A DNA stretch of 64,000 nucleotides from Candidatus Latescibacterota bacterium (GTDB lineage Bacteria; Latescibacterota; UBA2968). Shown piece by piece: positions 1 through 10,497 of this stretch. The notes beneath the pieces are model-generated. The model worked only from the letters and a program-made list of their open reading frames with translations, ran no database searches and was not told the DNA's origin. The position numbers and the translations under genes were made by a program. Every line of letters begins with the position of its first letter. Within the stretch, counting starts at the first letter, position 1. The stretch covers positions 2,528,001 to 2,592,000 of the forward strand of contig OZ242010.1 of assembly GCA_965204745.1 (NCBI GenBank). The letters are read 5' to 3'.

Positions 1-1
1 C

Positions 2-313
2 GCACAACTCGTCGCGGACAATATTTCCCGGCAATTGGAACAGCGCGTGTCGTTTCGCCGCGCGATGAAAAAGGCCGTTGCCTCTGCGGTTCGCATGGGC
101 GCAGAGGGGATCAAAGTCGTGTGCGGGGGGCGCCTTGGCGGGGCGGAAATGTCTCGCGTTGAAAAATCGGAACCCGCGGGCCGAGTGCCGCTCCACACGC
201 TTCGCGCCGATATCGACTATGCCAGATCGACCGCCTATACGACTTCGGGCACGGTGGGCGTGAAGGTTTGGATCTGCCACGGGGAAAAAATGGGGGCGGA
301 CGCCCATCTGTAG
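2..313 (+). CDS. rpsC: 30S ribosomal protein S3 (5' truncated by window edge)
   Basis: Frame open from base 2 ([23 protein letters not shown]...GRLGGAE...[14 protein letters not shown]); upstream of rplP. Confidence 0.97.
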   Translation, partial: AQLVADNISRQLEQRVSFRRAMKKAVASAVRMGAEGIKVVCGGRLGGAEMSRVEKSEPAGRVPLHTLRADIDYARSTAYTTSGTVGVKVWICHGEKMGADAHL

Positions 314-326
314 AGGAGCGACACTC

Positions 327-746
327 ATGTTAATGCCAAAGCGCGTCAAGTGGCGAAAACAGCAAAGAGGGCGTCTCAAAGGCACGACCCTTCGGGGAGC
401 GCGCATTTCTTTTGGGGAATACGGGTTGCAGGCCCTCGAACCGGGATGGATCACCAACAGGCAAATCGAAGCGGCCCGCGTAGCGATTACGCGCGCCTTG
501 GGCCGCGGTGGCAAAGTTTGGATTCGCGTTTTTCCGGACAAACCCCTCACGGTGAAGCCCGCCGAAACCCGCATGGGCAAGGGCAAGGGCAATCCCGAAT
601 ACTGGGTCGCGGTGATCAAGCCCGGGCGCATTATGTTTGAAATTGAAGGAGTGCCGCGTGCGAGCGCGCAACGCGCCATCAAATTGGCGAGCCAAAAATT
701 GCCCATTAAAGTGCGCTTTGTCGAGCGCGGAGGGCACGAGGAATGA
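327..746 (+). CDS. rplP: 50S ribosomal protein L16
   Basis: [15 protein letters not shown]...RMGKGKG signature; SD GAGGAG; synteny. Confidence 0.98.
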   Translation: MLMPKRVKWRKQQRGRLKGTTLRGARISFGEYGLQALEPGWITNRQIEAARVAITRALGRGGKVWIRVFPDKPLTVKPAETRMGKGKGNPEYWVAVIKPGRIMFEIEGVPRASAQRAIKLASQKLPIKVRFVERGGHEE

Positions 747-955
747 AACCGAGTGAAATGCGAGATCTCACGCCGAGCGACGTGCGGGAGAGAATTGGGG
801 AACGAGAAGCGGAACTCATCAATCTCCGCATTCAGTTGGCGACGCGCCAACTCGATAATCCCATTGTGTTGCGAGATGCGCGCAGGGAACTCGCCCGGCT
901 CAAAACCGTGTTGCGCGAACACGAGCTCGGCATTCGCACGCTTCCCAATGCGTAA
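743..955 (+). CDS. rpmC: 50S ribosomal protein L29
   Basis: 70 aa, QLDNP...RRELARLKT motif; ATGA overlap with rplP. Confidence 0.95.
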   Translation: MKPSEMRDLTPSDVRERIGEREAELINLRIQLATRQLDNPIVLRDARRELARLKTVLREHELGIRTLPNA

Positions 956-975
956 CTTTTGAGGAGAATCGGCGT

Positions 976-1242
976 ATGGCACAAGTGCAAACCCGCAGGC
1001 ACCGCAAAACCCGAGTGGGGCTGGTGGTCAGCGATAAAGCCAACAAGACCATTGTCGTTGAGGTGAGGCGTCAGGTGGCGCACCCCTTGTATGGCAAGGT
1101 CGTGCAAAGGCGTTCAAAATTGGCGGCGCACGACGAGAAGAACGAAGCGCGATCTGGCGATGAGGTGTTGGTTGCCGAAACCCGGCCTTTGAGCAAGACC
1201 AAACGCTGGCGATTGGTGGAAATTGTCAAAAAAGCCCATTGA
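976..1242 (+). CDS. rpsQ: 30S ribosomal protein S17
   Basis: GLVVSDK...HPLYGK...[11 protein letters not shown]. Confidence 0.98.
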   Translation: MAQVQTRRHRKTRVGLVVSDKANKTIVVEVRRQVAHPLYGKVVQRRSKLAAHDEKNEARSGDEVLVAETRPLSKTKRWRLVEIVKKAH

Positions 1243-1254
1243 GGTGGAGAGGTC

Positions 1255-1623
1255 ATGGTTCAGGAATATTCGATGTTGAATTGCGCCGATAACACGGGGG
1301 CCCGAAAGGTGATGTGCTTTCGCATTTTGGGAGGCACCAAGCGCAAGTACGCCAAAATCGGCGACACGGTTGTGGTTACGGTGAAAGATGCACAGCCAAA
1401 CAGCGGGGTGAAGCGCGGCGACGTCGCCCGTGCGGTGATCGTTCGCACGAAAAAGGAAACGCGCCGAGCAGATGGGTCGTACATCCGATTTGACGACAAT
1501 GCCGCTGTGTTGATCAATCAGGAAGGCGAACCCCGCGGCACGCGCATTTTTGGGCCTGTGGCCCGCGAGTTGCGCGAGCGGCGGTTTATGCGGATCGTAT
1601 CGCTGGCGCCCGAAGTGATTTAA
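1255..1623 (+). CDS. rplN: 50S ribosomal protein L14
   Basis: ADNTGA...RFDDNAAV...[12 protein letters not shown]...SLAPEV. Confidence 0.98.
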   Translation: MVQEYSMLNCADNTGARKVMCFRILGGTKRKYAKIGDTVVVTVKDAQPNSGVKRGDVARAVIVRTKKETRRADGSYIRFDDNAAVLINQEGEPRGTRIFGPVARELRERRFMRIVSLAPEVI

Positions 1624-1638
1624 AAGGCGAGGAAAAAA

Positions 1639-1959
1639 ATGAAAATTCGCAAGGGCGATCAAGTCGAGGTCATCAGCGGGGTTTATACCGGGCAACGGGG
1701 CAAGGTGTTGCGCGTTTGGAAAAAGAACGACCGGGTGCTGGTCGAAGGGGTCAACACGGTCAAACGCCATACGCGCCCCAGTCCCAACAATCAGCAAGGC
1801 GGGATTGTGGAAAAGGATGCGCCCGTGCATGCGTCGAATCTCATGATCGTCGATCCACAAACCGACGAGCGCACCCGGGTTCGCATTCAGCGGCTCGAAG
1901 ATGGGTCGCGCGTGCGGATTGCAAAAAAGAGCGGGGAGCAAATTCCCGACGCTGACTAG
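1639..1959 (+). CDS. rplX: 50S ribosomal protein L24
   Basis: [16 protein letters not shown] motif, [14 protein letters not shown]. Confidence 0.97.
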   Translation: MKIRKGDQVEVISGVYTGQRGKVLRVWKKNDRVLVEGVNTVKRHTRPSPNNQQGGIVEKDAPVHASNLMIVDPQTDERTRVRIQRLEDGSRVRIAKKSGEQIPDAD

Positions 1960-2011
1960 AGGCGTACCGACCGACGGCCTGTCAGCAGATGTGTCGAATG
2001 ACGAGGACGAT

Positions 2012-2560
2012 ATGGCAACGCGATTGCAAGAACACTATGAAAGCGAAGTGGTACCCGCACTCATCCAGCGGTTTGGCTACGAGAATCGCATGCAAGTGCC
2101 CAAGGTGGAAAAGGTCGTTTTGAATATGGGCGTTGGCGAAGCCGTGCTCAATGCGCGGGTGATCGAGCATGCGGTCGAGGATTTGACGCGCATTTCAGGG
2201 CAAAGGCCCGCCATTCGCAGGGCGAGGAAAGCCGTTTCAAATTTTAAGTTGCGCCAAGGCATGCCCATCGGTTGCGCTGTCACCCTTCGCAGGGCGCGCA
2301 TGTACGAGTTTCTCGACCGGTTTTTCAACTTTTCCGTGCCGCGCATCCGCGACTTTCGCGGGCTTTCAACGCGGTCATTCGACGGCCGGGGCAATTACAC
2401 GGTCGGCATTCAGGAGCAGATCATTTTTCCGGAAATCGACTACGATCAAATCGACAAAATTCGCGGCCTCGACGTGACTTTGGTCACGACGGCCCCTACG
2501 GATGAAGAGGCATTGGAATTGCTCAGCGGGATGGGCATGCCGTTTCAAAATCAAGGGTGA
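2012..2560 (+). CDS. rplE: 50S ribosomal protein L5
   Basis: ATG 2012 after GAGGA; [10 protein letters not shown]...PRIRDFRG...FDGRGNY...IFPEI. Confidence 0.97.
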   Translation: MATRLQEHYESEVVPALIQRFGYENRMQVPKVEKVVLNMGVGEAVLNARVIEHAVEDLTRISGQRPAIRRARKAVSNFKLRQGMPIGCAVTLRRARMYEFLDRFFNFSVPRIRDFRGLSTRSFDGRGNYTVGIQEQIIFPEIDYDQIDKIRGLDVTLVTTAPTDEEALELLSGMGMPFQNQG

Positions 2561-2585
2561 ACAACAACAGAAGGTCAGGGCTGAT

Positions 2586-2771
2586 ATGGCGAAAAAATCC
2601 ATGATTGCCAAAGCAAAGCGCAGACAGAAATTTGCCGTTCGCCGCTATAACCGGTGCCACAGGTGCGGCAGGCCGCGCGGTTATTTGCGGAAATTCGGGG
2701 TTTGCCGCATCTGTTTCCGCGAATTGGCACTCGCCGGCGAGATTCCCGGCGTGACAAAGGCGAGTTGGTAA
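2586..2771 (+). CDS. rpsN: 30S ribosomal protein S14, short zinc-binding type Z
   Basis: 61 aa MAKKSMIAK...RCHRCGRPR...CRICFRE...PGVTKASW; two CxxC. Confidence 0.97.
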   Translation: MAKKSMIAKAKRRQKFAVRRYNRCHRCGRPRGYLRKFGVCRICFRELALAGEIPGVTKASW

Positions 2772-2784
2772 GGGAGGTGCGATT

Positions 2785-3180
2785 GTGACAACGGATCCGA
2801 TTGCCGATATGTTGACGCGGGTGCGGAATGCATGTCGCGCTGGGCATCGCAAGGTGGATATTCCGAGTTCCACGATGAAACGCGAGATCGCCCGCATTTT
2901 GAAAGAGCGCGGTTTTGTCCACAATTACGCGCATATCGAGGACAATAGGCAGGGGTACTTGCGCCTGTATCTCAAGTACAGTTCCGACGAGGAAAGCGCG
3001 ATTCAGGGGTTGAAGCGCGAGAGCCGGCCCGGGTTGCGAAAGTACGTGGGCAAAGCCGACATTCCCCGCATCCTCAATGGCCTGGGCGTCGCCATTTTAT
3101 CCACATCAAAAGGCGTTTTGACGGATCGCGTTGCGCGCCGAGAAGGCGTTGGTGGCGAAGTGATTTGCAGCGTCTGGTAA
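2785..3180 (+). CDS. rpsH: 30S ribosomal protein S8
   Basis: GTG start; TDPIADMLTRVRNA...SRPGLRKY...STSKG. Confidence 0.98.
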   Translation: MTTDPIADMLTRVRNACRAGHRKVDIPSSTMKREIARILKERGFVHNYAHIEDNRQGYLRLYLKYSSDEESAIQGLKRESRPGLRKYVGKADIPRILNGLGVAILSTSKGVLTDRVARREGVGGEVICSVW

Positions 3181-3192
3181 AAGGAGAGCGTC

Positions 3193-3759
3193 GTGTCTCG
3201 AATAGGTAAACAGGCCATCGCAGTGCCCGGTGGCGTGCAGGTGCAAATTGGGGCTTCACAAGCGCGAGTCACCGGTCCCAAAGGGACCTTGCAAGTGCCA
3301 TTGCACCCGGTCGCGGATGTGAGCCAAGAAAATGGCGCGCTTTCCGTTACTGTGCAAGACCCCGAAGATCGGCAACACAAGTCGCTTTGGGGCCTCACGC
3401 GCGCGTTGTTGGCGAATGCGGTTCAAGGCGTGACCGCGGGTTTCGAGAAGCGCCTGATCGTCGTGGGCGTGGGCTATCGCGCGGATATGAAGGGAAAAAA
3501 TTTGGATCTCAACGTGGGGTTCAGCCACTCGGTCACGGTTGAAGCACCACAGGGGATCGAATTTAGCGTGGATAACCCGCCGCCCGAGCCGGAAAACGCC
3601 CAAGCACTGGTTCGGGTCAGCGGCGCGGACAAAGAACTCGTGGGGCGCATCGCGGCGAATATCCGCAGTATCCGGCCCCCCGAACCGTACAAGGGCAAGG
3701 GCATCCGGTATAGCGACGAATACGTGCGGCGCAAGGCCGGCAAGGCGGCGGTCAGTTAA
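3193..3759 (+). CDS. rplF: 50S ribosomal protein L6
   Basis: MSRIGK...RPPEPYKGKGIRY. Confidence 0.98.
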   Translation: MSRIGKQAIAVPGGVQVQIGASQARVTGPKGTLQVPLHPVADVSQENGALSVTVQDPEDRQHKSLWGLTRALLANAVQGVTAGFEKRLIVVGVGYRADMKGKNLDLNVGFSHSVTVEAPQGIEFSVDNPPPEPENAQALVRVSGADKELVGRIAANIRSIRPPEPYKGKGIRYSDEYVRRKAGKAAVS

Positions 3760-3782
3760 ATTTGAAATGGGTGAGTCGTTCA

Positions 3783-4151
3783 ATGGCAACCAAACAAAAT
3801 GAAAAAAAGAAGATGCACAAGCGTCGTCAGTTGCGGATCAGAAAGCGGCTTTTCGGAACCGCAGACCGACCTCGGCTGACGGTTTTTCGCAGCCTCAAAC
3901 ACATTCAGGCGCACCTGATCGACGATGCGAATGGGCGTTCATTGCTGGGCATTTCGTCCCATGGGCTTAAGGATCAGTTGCAAAATATCGCGGGTAAGTG
4001 CGATCAGAGCCGCGAGGTGGGCAAGGTTCTGGCGGCCAAAGCGCGGGAGGCCGGTATTTCGCAAGTCGTTTTCGACCGCGCCGGGTATCTCTATCACGGC
4101 CGCGTCAAGGCATTGGCAGAGGGCGCGCGCGAAGGCGGGTTGAAATTTTAA
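3783..4151 (+). CDS. rplR: 50S ribosomal protein L18
   Basis: RPRLTVFRS...[26 protein letters not shown]; ATG 3783 chosen. Confidence 0.97.
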   Translation: MATKQNEKKKMHKRRQLRIRKRLFGTADRPRLTVFRSLKHIQAHLIDDANGRSLLGISSHGLKDQLQNIAGKCDQSREVGKVLAAKAREAGISQVVFDRAGYLYHGRVKALAEGAREGGLKF

Positions 4152-4167
4152 TGCTAAGGAGCGGGTT

Positions 4168-4692
4168 TTGAGCAGAATTGAAGCCACGGGTTTAGACCTG
4201 ACAGAGGTCGTCATCAACAACAGCATCAAGCGCGTGTCTCACGTCCGCAAGGGCGGGCGGCGTTTTGCGTTTAATGCGCTGTGCGTGGTCGGCGACAAAA
4301 AAGGCATTGTGGGCGTTGGCATGGGCAAAGCGGGCGAGGTCTCTGAGGCCATCCGCAAAGCGACCGACGACGCAAAAAAGAATCTGGTGCGCGTGCCCGT
4401 CGTGGAAGGCACTTTACCACACGAGATTATCGGACGGTTCGGCGCGTCTCGCGTTTTGCTCAAACCCGCCGCGCCCGGCACGGGCGTCATCGCAGGCGGG
4501 GGCGTGCGTGCGGTTTTGGAATTGGCCGGGATTCAAAATGTGTTGACGAAATCCTTGGGTTCTCAAAATCCCCAAAATGCTGTCAAAGCCGCGATGGAGG
4601 GCTTGACGCGGCTAAAAGATGCGGGGATGTTTGCGCGATTGCGCGGCATAGATGAAGCCGAATTGATCTCGGTGCGGGGGCAGGATGGCTGA
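4168..4692 (+). CDS. rpsE: 30S ribosomal protein S5
   Basis: TTG start after AAGGAG; KGGRRF...[12 protein letters not shown]. Confidence 0.97.
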   Translation: MSRIEATGLDLTEVVINNSIKRVSHVRKGGRRFAFNALCVVGDKKGIVGVGMGKAGEVSEAIRKATDDAKKNLVRVPVVEGTLPHEIIGRFGASRVLLKPAAPGTGVIAGGGVRAVLELAGIQNVLTKSLGSQNPQNAVKAAMEGLTRLKDAGMFARLRGIDEAELISVRGQDG

Positions 4693-4885
4693 CCAAAAAA
4701 CACTTCGGATTACGCAGGTTCGCAGCGCGATTAAGCGGCCAAAAAAACAACAGCGAACCTTGGACGCGCTGGGTATCCGCCGCATTCGCCATACGGTAGA
4801 ACACGATGACTCGCCGCAGGTGCGCGGCATGCTGGTGGTCGTCTCGCATCTGGTCACAGTTGAAGAAACGGGAACGCAAAAATGA
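4685..4885 (+). CDS. rpmD: 50S ribosomal protein L30
   Basis: [10 protein letters not shown]...TLDALG...RGML...HLVTVEE; between rpsE and rplO. Confidence 0.95.
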   Translation: MADQKTLRITQVRSAIKRPKKQQRTLDALGIRRIRHTVEHDDSPQVRGMLVVVSHLVTVEETGTQK

Positions 4886-5346
4886 AACTCGGCAATCTCT
4901 CGCCGCCCAAAGGGGCGACTGCAAAAAAGAAACGCCTGGGCATTGGCCCCGGCTCTGGAACGGGTAAAACCGCGGGCAGGGGGCACAAAGGGCAACGGGC
5001 GCGGTCCGGGTCCAAGCGCAAGGATTGGTTTGAGGGCGGGCAAATGCCCCTGCAACAGCGCTTGCCCAAAATTGGATTTAACAATCCCTTTCGCGTCGCG
5101 TACCAGATCGTCAATCTCGCGGATTTGGCTGCGCGAGAACTCTCTGGCGAGATTACGCCCGAGGTGCTCAAAGGCGCGGGGCTGATCGCCTCGGCAAAAC
5201 GGCCCGTGAAAATTTTGGGACAAGGCGAAATTGCCGCGCCCTTGCAAGTTCGGGTTCAGGCGATGTCGGCTGCGGCTGCGAAAAAAATCATCGCCGCGGG
5301 CGGAAGCGTTGACGTTACTGCCGGCGGCGCGGTCGAGGCCGACTGA
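4882..5346 (+). CDS. rplO: 50S ribosomal protein L15
   Basis: GKTAGRGHKGQRARSG...FEGGQMPL. Confidence 0.98.
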   Translation: MKLGNLSPPKGATAKKKRLGIGPGSGTGKTAGRGHKGQRARSGSKRKDWFEGGQMPLQQRLPKIGFNNPFRVAYQIVNLADLAARELSGEITPEVLKGAGLIASAKRPVKILGQGEIAAPLQVRVQAMSAAAAKKIIAAGGSVDVTAGGAVEAD

Positions 5347-5358
5347 GAGGAGGAGGCG

Positions 5359-6699
5359 TTGCTCGAGAGCGTCAAAAGCGTTTTTAAGATCCCGGAACTG
5401 CGGAACAAGGTGTTGTTCACCCTGGGCATTTTGGCGATTTATCGCTTGGGTGGGCAGATTCCCATTCCGGGCATAGACCGAGTCGCATTGGGTGAGTTTT
5501 TTGCCGGCACCACGCAGACCATTTTCGGCCTCTACGACATGTTCGTGGGCGGGGCATTTACTCGTGCGACCGTGTTCGCGCTGGGGATTATGCCCTATAT
5601 CAGCGCGTCCATTATTTTTCAATTGATGGGTGCTGTGGTGCCATCCCTGCAAAAGCTGCAAAAAGAGGGCGAGGCCGGGCGCAAGAAGATCATTCAATAC
5701 ACGCGGTACGGCACGGTCGCCTTAGCTGCGGCGCAGTCGTTGGGCGTGAGCTTTTTTTTGGAAAGTCTCCAATCTCCGTCGACCGGGCTTCCGGTCGTGC
5801 TCTATTCCGGGTGGAGTTTCCGGTTGTTGACGGTTTTGACCATTACCGCAGGCACCGTGTTTATTATGTGGCTGGGCGAACAGATCGACGCGCACGGCAT
5901 CGGCAACGGGATGTCCCTGCTCATTTTTATTGGCATTATTGCGGCATTGCCCTTTGTCGTGCGGCAAGAGTATCGAGATTTCGTGACCAATGACAAGGCC
6001 ATTTTGATCGAGATCGCCGTTTTGGTTATCGTTGTTGCCCTGACCGCGCTGGTGGTGTTGATCACGCAGGGCACGCGCAAAATTCCGGTACAATACGCCA
6101 AGCGCGTGGTTGGGCGGCGCGTCTATGGGGGGCAAAGCACGCATATTCCGCTCAAAGTCAATACATCTGGGGTGATGCCCATTATTTTTGCACAGGCCAT
6201 TATGTTTTTGCCCGCGACAATGGCAGGGTTTGCCCCCAACAACGAATTTATGCAAAATTTCGCGTCTGCATTTACGCCGAGTATGTCGTGGGTGTCGTTG
6301 CCCTATTGGTCGATTTACTCCTTGCTCGTGATTTTCTTCGCCTATTTTTACACCGCCATCGTGTTTAATCCGATTGATTTAGCCGACAACATGAAACGCC
6401 AGGGCGGGTTTATTCCCGGGGTGAGGCCTGGCAAGCGCACGTCTGATTTTATCGACCGGGTGCTCACGCGCATCAACATGCCGGGGTCAATTTTCTTGGC
6501 CGCTATCGCGGTTGGCCCCTACTTCATCATCAATTCGATGGGGGTGCATCCGGGCCTCGAACAGGTGTTTGGCGGCACGGGGTTGTTGATTATGGTCGGC
6601 GTGGCACTCGACACCTTGCAGCAGGTCGAATCGCATTTGCTGATGCGCCACTACGATGGGTTTATGAAAAAGGGCCGCATTCGCGGGCGCCGCGCATGA
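5359..6699 (+). CDS. secY: Preprotein translocase subunit SecY
   Basis: FALGIMPYISASII, GIGNGMSL, GVMPIIFA, IPGVRPG; ~10 hydrophobic segments. Confidence 0.99.
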   Translation: MLESVKSVFKIPELRNKVLFTLGILAIYRLGGQIPIPGIDRVALGEFFAGTTQTIFGLYDMFVGGAFTRATVFALGIMPYISASIIFQLMGAVVPSLQKLQKEGEAGRKKIIQYTRYGTVALAAAQSLGVSFFLESLQSPSTGLPVVLYSGWSFRLLTVLTITAGTVFIMWLGEQIDAHGIGNGMSLLIFIGIIAALPFVVRQEYRDFVTNDKAILIEIAVLVIVVALTALVVLITQGTRKIPVQYAKRVVGRRVYGGQSTHIPLKVNTSGVMPIIFAQAIMFLPATMAGFAPNNEFMQNFASAFTPSMSWVSLPYWSIYSLLVIFFAYFYTAIVFNPIDLADNMKRQGGFIPGVRPGKRTSDFIDRVLTRINMPGSIFLAAIAVGPYFIINSMGVHPGLEQVFGGTGLLIMVGVALDTLQQVESHLLMRHYDGFMKKGRIRGRRA

Positions 6700-6723
6700 G
6701 GTCGCAAACGCTGGAGATGGGTT

Positions 6724-6840
6724 ATGAAAGTCCAATCATCCGTTCGCCGTCGCTGCAATCACTGCAAGATCATCCGCCGCCGAGGCGTTGTGCGCGTGAT
6801 TTGCAAAGCCAATCCGCGGCACAAGCAGCGACAGGGATAA
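6724..6840 (+). CDS. rpmJ: 50S ribosomal protein L36, zinc-binding form (not in ORF track)
   Basis: Hand translation: [38 protein letters not shown]. Confidence 0.97.
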   Translation: MKVQSSVRRRCNHCKIIRRRGVVRVICKANPRHKQRQG

Positions 6841-6859
6841 CCACAGGAGACGCAGTCGC

Positions 6860-7234
6860 ATGGCCCGAATTGCAGGTGTAGATATTCCCAGGGAAAAGCG
6901 CGTGGAAGTCGCGTTGACGTACATTTTGGGCATTGGGTTGAGCACGTCGCAAAAAATCCTGACGCAGACGCGGATTTCGCCCGATACGCGCGTGGAGGCT
7001 TTGACGGACTCGGAAGTCGCCAAATTGCGCTCGGTCGTCGAAGGCCAATACAAAGTTGAAGGCAACCTGCGAAGCGAAGTTGCCATGAACATCAAGCGAT
7101 TGATGGATATTGGGTGCTATCGCGGGTTGCGATGGCGGCGCGGGTTGCCGGTGCGGGGGCAACGGACGCGCACCAATGCCAGAACGCGCAAAGGCCCCAA
7201 GCCCGGTATTGGCAGCCGCAGACGGAGCGGGTAA
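6860..7234 (+). CDS. rpsM: 30S ribosomal protein S13
   Basis: [10 protein letters not shown]...[17 protein letters not shown]. Confidence 0.98.
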   Translation: MARIAGVDIPREKRVEVALTYILGIGLSTSQKILTQTRISPDTRVEALTDSEVAKLRSVVEGQYKVEGNLRSEVAMNIKRLMDIGCYRGLRWRRGLPVRGQRTRTNARTRKGPKPGIGSRRRSG

Positions 7235-7254
7235 TCAAACAAAGGAGGAGTCGT

Positions 7255-7638
7255 TTGCCACCGAGAAGAGGGAGACGACGGAGCAGACGGGTCGAGGCCA
7301 ATGGCGTCGCCCACGTCAATGCCAGTTTTAACAATACCATCGTGACGCTGACCGACCGCGATGGCAAGGTCATTTCGTGGTCGTCCACCGGCAAAGTCGG
7401 GTTTAAGGGGTCGAGAAAGAGCACGCCCTATGCCGCTCAGTTGGCCGCAAACGATGCGGCCCGAGAGGCCATGGCACTCGGATTGCGCCGGGTGGAAGTG
7501 TGGGTCAAGGGGCCCGGGGTTGGCCGAGAAGCTGCGGTGCGTTCCTTGCAGGGCGCGGGGTTGGAAATTTCCGCGATCAAAGACGTCACGCCCATTCCGC
7601 ACAATGGGTGCCGCCCGCCCAAGCGACGGCGCGTTTAA
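7255..7638 (+). CDS. rpsK: 30S ribosomal protein S11
   Basis: TTG 7255 after AGGAGGAG; ASFNNTIV...[11 protein letters not shown]...[18 protein letters not shown]. Confidence 0.97.
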   Translation: MPPRRGRRRSRRVEANGVAHVNASFNNTIVTLTDRDGKVISWSSTGKVGFKGSRKSTPYAAQLAANDAAREAMALGLRRVEVWVKGPGVGREAAVRSLQGAGLEISAIKDVTPIPHNGCRPPKRRRV

Positions 7639-7660
7639 CCAAAGAAACAGGAGATATCGC

Positions 7661-8290
7661 ATGGCGAGATACACTGGCCCAAGTTGCAAACTGTGTCGCA
7701 GAGAAGGCATGAAATTGTTTCTCAAAGGCGCGCGTTGCCACATGGACAAATGTTCGTTTGACCGCCGGAGCTACGCGCCCGGCATGCACGGGCAGAACAT
7801 GCGCCGCAAGCCGTCGGAATACGCGCTTCAGCTCCGCGAGAAGCAAAAAACCAAGCGCATCTACGGGGTGCTGGAAAACCAATTTCGCACCTATTATTCC
7901 AAGGCTGCGCGCAAAAAGGGCGTGACGGGCGAGTTGCTTTTGCAGATGCTCGAATGCCGGCTGGACAACCTGATCTACCGGTTGGGCTTCGCGCCATCCC
8001 GAAAATCCGCACGCCAACTCGTGCGGCATCGGCACATTGCGGTCAATGGGCGCACCGTGGATATTCCCTCATTTCAGGTTTCTCCGGGCGATGCGGTGCA
8101 GGTGCGCGAAAAGAGCCGTCAGTTGCAACTCATTCACGATTCGCTCAAGCGCGCAGGCGATGCGGGTCAAGCGACGTGGCTTTCGGTCGATAAGGTGAAT
8201 TTGAGTGGCACGCTCATCGAATATCCAAAGCGCGACGCCATCCCCACGCCGGTCGAAGAGCAACTCATCGTCGAGCTTTACTCCAAGTAA
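7661..8290 (+). CDS. rpsD: 30S ribosomal protein S4 (Cys-containing form)
   Basis: MARYTGPSCKLCRREG...QLREKQK...IVELYSK. Confidence 0.98.
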   Translation: MARYTGPSCKLCRREGMKLFLKGARCHMDKCSFDRRSYAPGMHGQNMRRKPSEYALQLREKQKTKRIYGVLENQFRTYYSKAARKKGVTGELLLQMLECRLDNLIYRLGFAPSRKSARQLVRHRHIAVNGRTVDIPSFQVSPGDAVQVREKSRQLQLIHDSLKRAGDAGQATWLSVDKVNLSGTLIEYPKRDAIPTPVEEQLIVELYSK

Positions 8291-8314
8291 GACGCGCAAC
8301 AGGAGTTTTTGTAT

Positions 8315-9331
8315 ATGGAAGCGACAATTTTTCAGATGCCTCGCTCTGTGAAAGTCGACGAAGAAAGTCTGCGTGACGATCACGGCTTGTTCAGTGTGCA
8401 ACCCCTCGAGCGCGGATTTGGCTCAACACTCGGCAATGCCCTGCGGCGCGTCTTGCTGTCCTCTATTGAGGGGGCCGCGATTAAGGCCGTGAAAATCGAG
8501 GGGATTCAGCACGAGTTCACAGTGGTCGAGGGCGTGGTCGAGGATGTGACGGAGATCGTCTTGAATCTCAAAGAGGTCTGTCTGCGCGTGCATGGCGATG
8601 AAGACAAGTTGCTGTACGTGCGGAAGGAAGGCCCGGGCACGCTCACGGCCGGGGATTTGAAAGTCGATGCCGATGTCGAGGTGATGAATCCGGAGTTGCA
8701 CATTGCAACGCTGGACAAAGATGGCGTGCTCGGTATGGAGATCACCGTCGGCAAGGGTAGGGGCTACGTGCTGGCCGAGGAGAACAAGCACCCGGATCAA
8801 CCGATGGGTACGATTGCGTTGGACGCGGCATTTTCCCCGATTCGCAAAGTGCATTACGAGGTCGATAATGCGCGCGTGGGGCAGCAGACCGACTACGACA
8901 AACTCACGCTACAAGTTTGGACAAACAGCGTTGTGCGCCCAGACGATGCCGTGTCGCTCGCCGCGAGAATCTTGAAAAACCATCTCGATATGTTCATCCA
9001 CTTTGAAGAAGATGTCGAAGACGAACCAGAGAGAATTATCGACGAGGAAACGCGCCGAATTGCAAAGTTGCTCCAGATGCCCGTAGAGGAATTGGAGTTG
9101 TCGGTGCGGTCGGCCAATTGTCTGAAAGCGGCCCGTATTGACACCATCGAAGATCTCGTGCAGAAAACGGAAAACGAGATGCTCAAGTTCCGCAATTTTG
9201 GGCGCAAATCGCTCAATGAACTGACCGCGATTCTCGAAAGTTATGGCCTTGCTTTCGACTTTGATGTGAGCAAGTATCGCGGCATCGCGGATCGGGATGA
9301 TCACTTCTCGATTTTGGATGAGGATATTTAG
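8315..9331 (+). CDS. rpoA: RNA polymerase subunit alpha
   Basis: PLERGFGSTLGNALRRVLLSS...ELSVRSANCL...NFGRKSL; ATG 8315 is best spaced from AGGAG. Confidence 0.98.
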   Translation: MEATIFQMPRSVKVDEESLRDDHGLFSVQPLERGFGSTLGNALRRVLLSSIEGAAIKAVKIEGIQHEFTVVEGVVEDVTEIVLNLKEVCLRVHGDEDKLLYVRKEGPGTLTAGDLKVDADVEVMNPELHIATLDKDGVLGMEITVGKGRGYVLAEENKHPDQPMGTIALDAAFSPIRKVHYEVDNARVGQQTDYDKLTLQVWTNSVVRPDDAVSLAARILKNHLDMFIHFEEDVEDEPERIIDEETRRIAKLLQMPVEELELSVRSANCLKAARIDTIEDLVQKTENEMLKFRNFGRKSLNELTAILESYGLAFDFDVSKYRGIADRDDHFSILDEDI

Positions 9332-9341
9332 CGAGGAAACC

Positions 9342-9773
9342 ATGAGGCACGGAAAACGAGGCCGCAAGTTGGGCCGTACCGCGAGCCATAAAAGGGCCAT
9401 GCTCAACAATATGGCGACATCTCTGTTCGACAATGGCAAAGTTCGCACCACCTTGCCCAAGGCCAAGGAATTGCGCGGCGTTGTCGAACGGTTGATTTCT
9501 TTTGCCAAGCGCGGCGATTTGCACGCCCGGCGCCAGGTATTGCGGCGCATTCAGAACAAGGTGGTGGTCGCCAAGTTGTTCGACGAAATTGGCCCTTCAT
9601 TTGCCGGTCGCAATGGCGGGTACACGCGCATTTTCAAGCTCGGCCCCAGGCGCGGCGACAGCAGCGAGTTGTGTTTGATCGAGCTCGTCACAGATGAGGT
9701 CGATTTCGATTATGCAGAGACCGAATCAAACGCAGATGAGGCAGAGGAAGTGGGCGTGCAGAGAGACGCTTGA
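9342..9773 (+). CDS. rplQ: 50S ribosomal protein L17
   Basis: MRHGKRGRKLGRTASH...TTLPKAKE...RNGGYTRI; acidic tail. Confidence 0.98.
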   Translation: MRHGKRGRKLGRTASHKRAMLNNMATSLFDNGKVRTTLPKAKELRGVVERLISFAKRGDLHARRQVLRRIQNKVVVAKLFDEIGPSFAGRNGGYTRIFKLGPRRGDSSELCLIELVTDEVDFDYAETESNADEAEEVGVQRDA

Positions 9774-9797
9774 CCTACCCCCCCGTTTCATTTTTTG

Positions 9798-9833
9798 AGG
9801 GCAAATCGACATTCGTTCGGTTTGCCCTTTTTT
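9798..9833 (+). terminator. Intrinsic terminator of ribosomal operon
   Basis: AGGGCAAA...TTTGCCCT stem followed by T-run just after rplQ. Confidence 0.75.
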
Positions 9834-9839
9834 GTACGC

Positions 9840-9870
9840 AAAAAAGGCGACGGTATCACCGTCGCCTTTT
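9840..9870 (-). terminator. Intrinsic terminator of greA (possibly bidirectional)
   Basis: AAAAGGCGACGGT-ATC-ACCGTCGCCTTTT hairpin with A/T tails. Confidence 0.8.
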
Positions 9871-9888
9871 GGTTTGGATGGGAGAAAC

Positions 9889-10362
9889 TTAGTCCCGCGA
9901 GATGCCGAGAATCTCGTAGGTGAGCGTGCCGACGGGCACTTGAATATCCACGATCTCGCCAACGCGCTTGCCCAGCAGGGCCTTGCCGATGGGAGACGCG
10001 GTCGATATCTTGTTCTGGTCAAAATCGGCTTCATCCACTGTCACCAGTGTGTACTGCATTTTGTTGCCGCTCTTTTTGTCTTGCAATTTGACCGTCGCGC
10101 CCAGATAGGCTTTGTCTTTGGGAATCTGACTTTCGTCGATGATTTCCGAGTTGGTGAGTTTTTCCTCGAGTTCGGCAATTTTCTTTTCCAGAAATGCCTG
10201 TCGCTCTTTGGCAGCGTGGTATTCGGCATTTTCACTCAAGTCGCCAAATTCGCGCGCCCGTCTGATCGCCGCGATGACGGTTGGACGCTCTTTGGTTCGC
10301 AGGTGAATGAGGTCGGCGCGAATTTTCTCGTAGCCGTCTTTGGTGAGATAAACCCGGGTCAT
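9889..10362 (-). CDS. greA: Transcription elongation factor GreA
   Basis: AREFGDLSENAEYHAAKE...ISTASPIGKALLGK. Confidence 0.97.
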   Translation of the reverse strand: MTRVYLTKDGYEKIRADLIHLRTKERPTVIAAIRRAREFGDLSENAEYHAAKERQAFLEKKIAELEEKLTNSEIIDESQIPKDKAYLGATVKLQDKKSGNKMQYTLVTVDEADFDQNKISTASPIGKALLGKRVGEIVDIQVPVGTLTYEILGISRD

Positions 10363-10468
10363 AACAAAGTGTCCTATGAAATAAAAAATCTATCTCGAAC
10401 CCAATCGCGTGTTCCGAGATAGACTTTTGATGCGACGATATGTCGCTGTCCATTGTCTATATGGCAAA

Positions 10469-10497
10469 AAAATAACACCTTTTGGGCGATAAGTCAA
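10469..10497 (-). promoter_or_regulatory. Putative sigma70 promoter for greA
   Basis: Minus strand TTGACT-N17-TATTTT with TG at the extended -10 position, ~107 nt upstream of greA. Confidence 0.5.
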
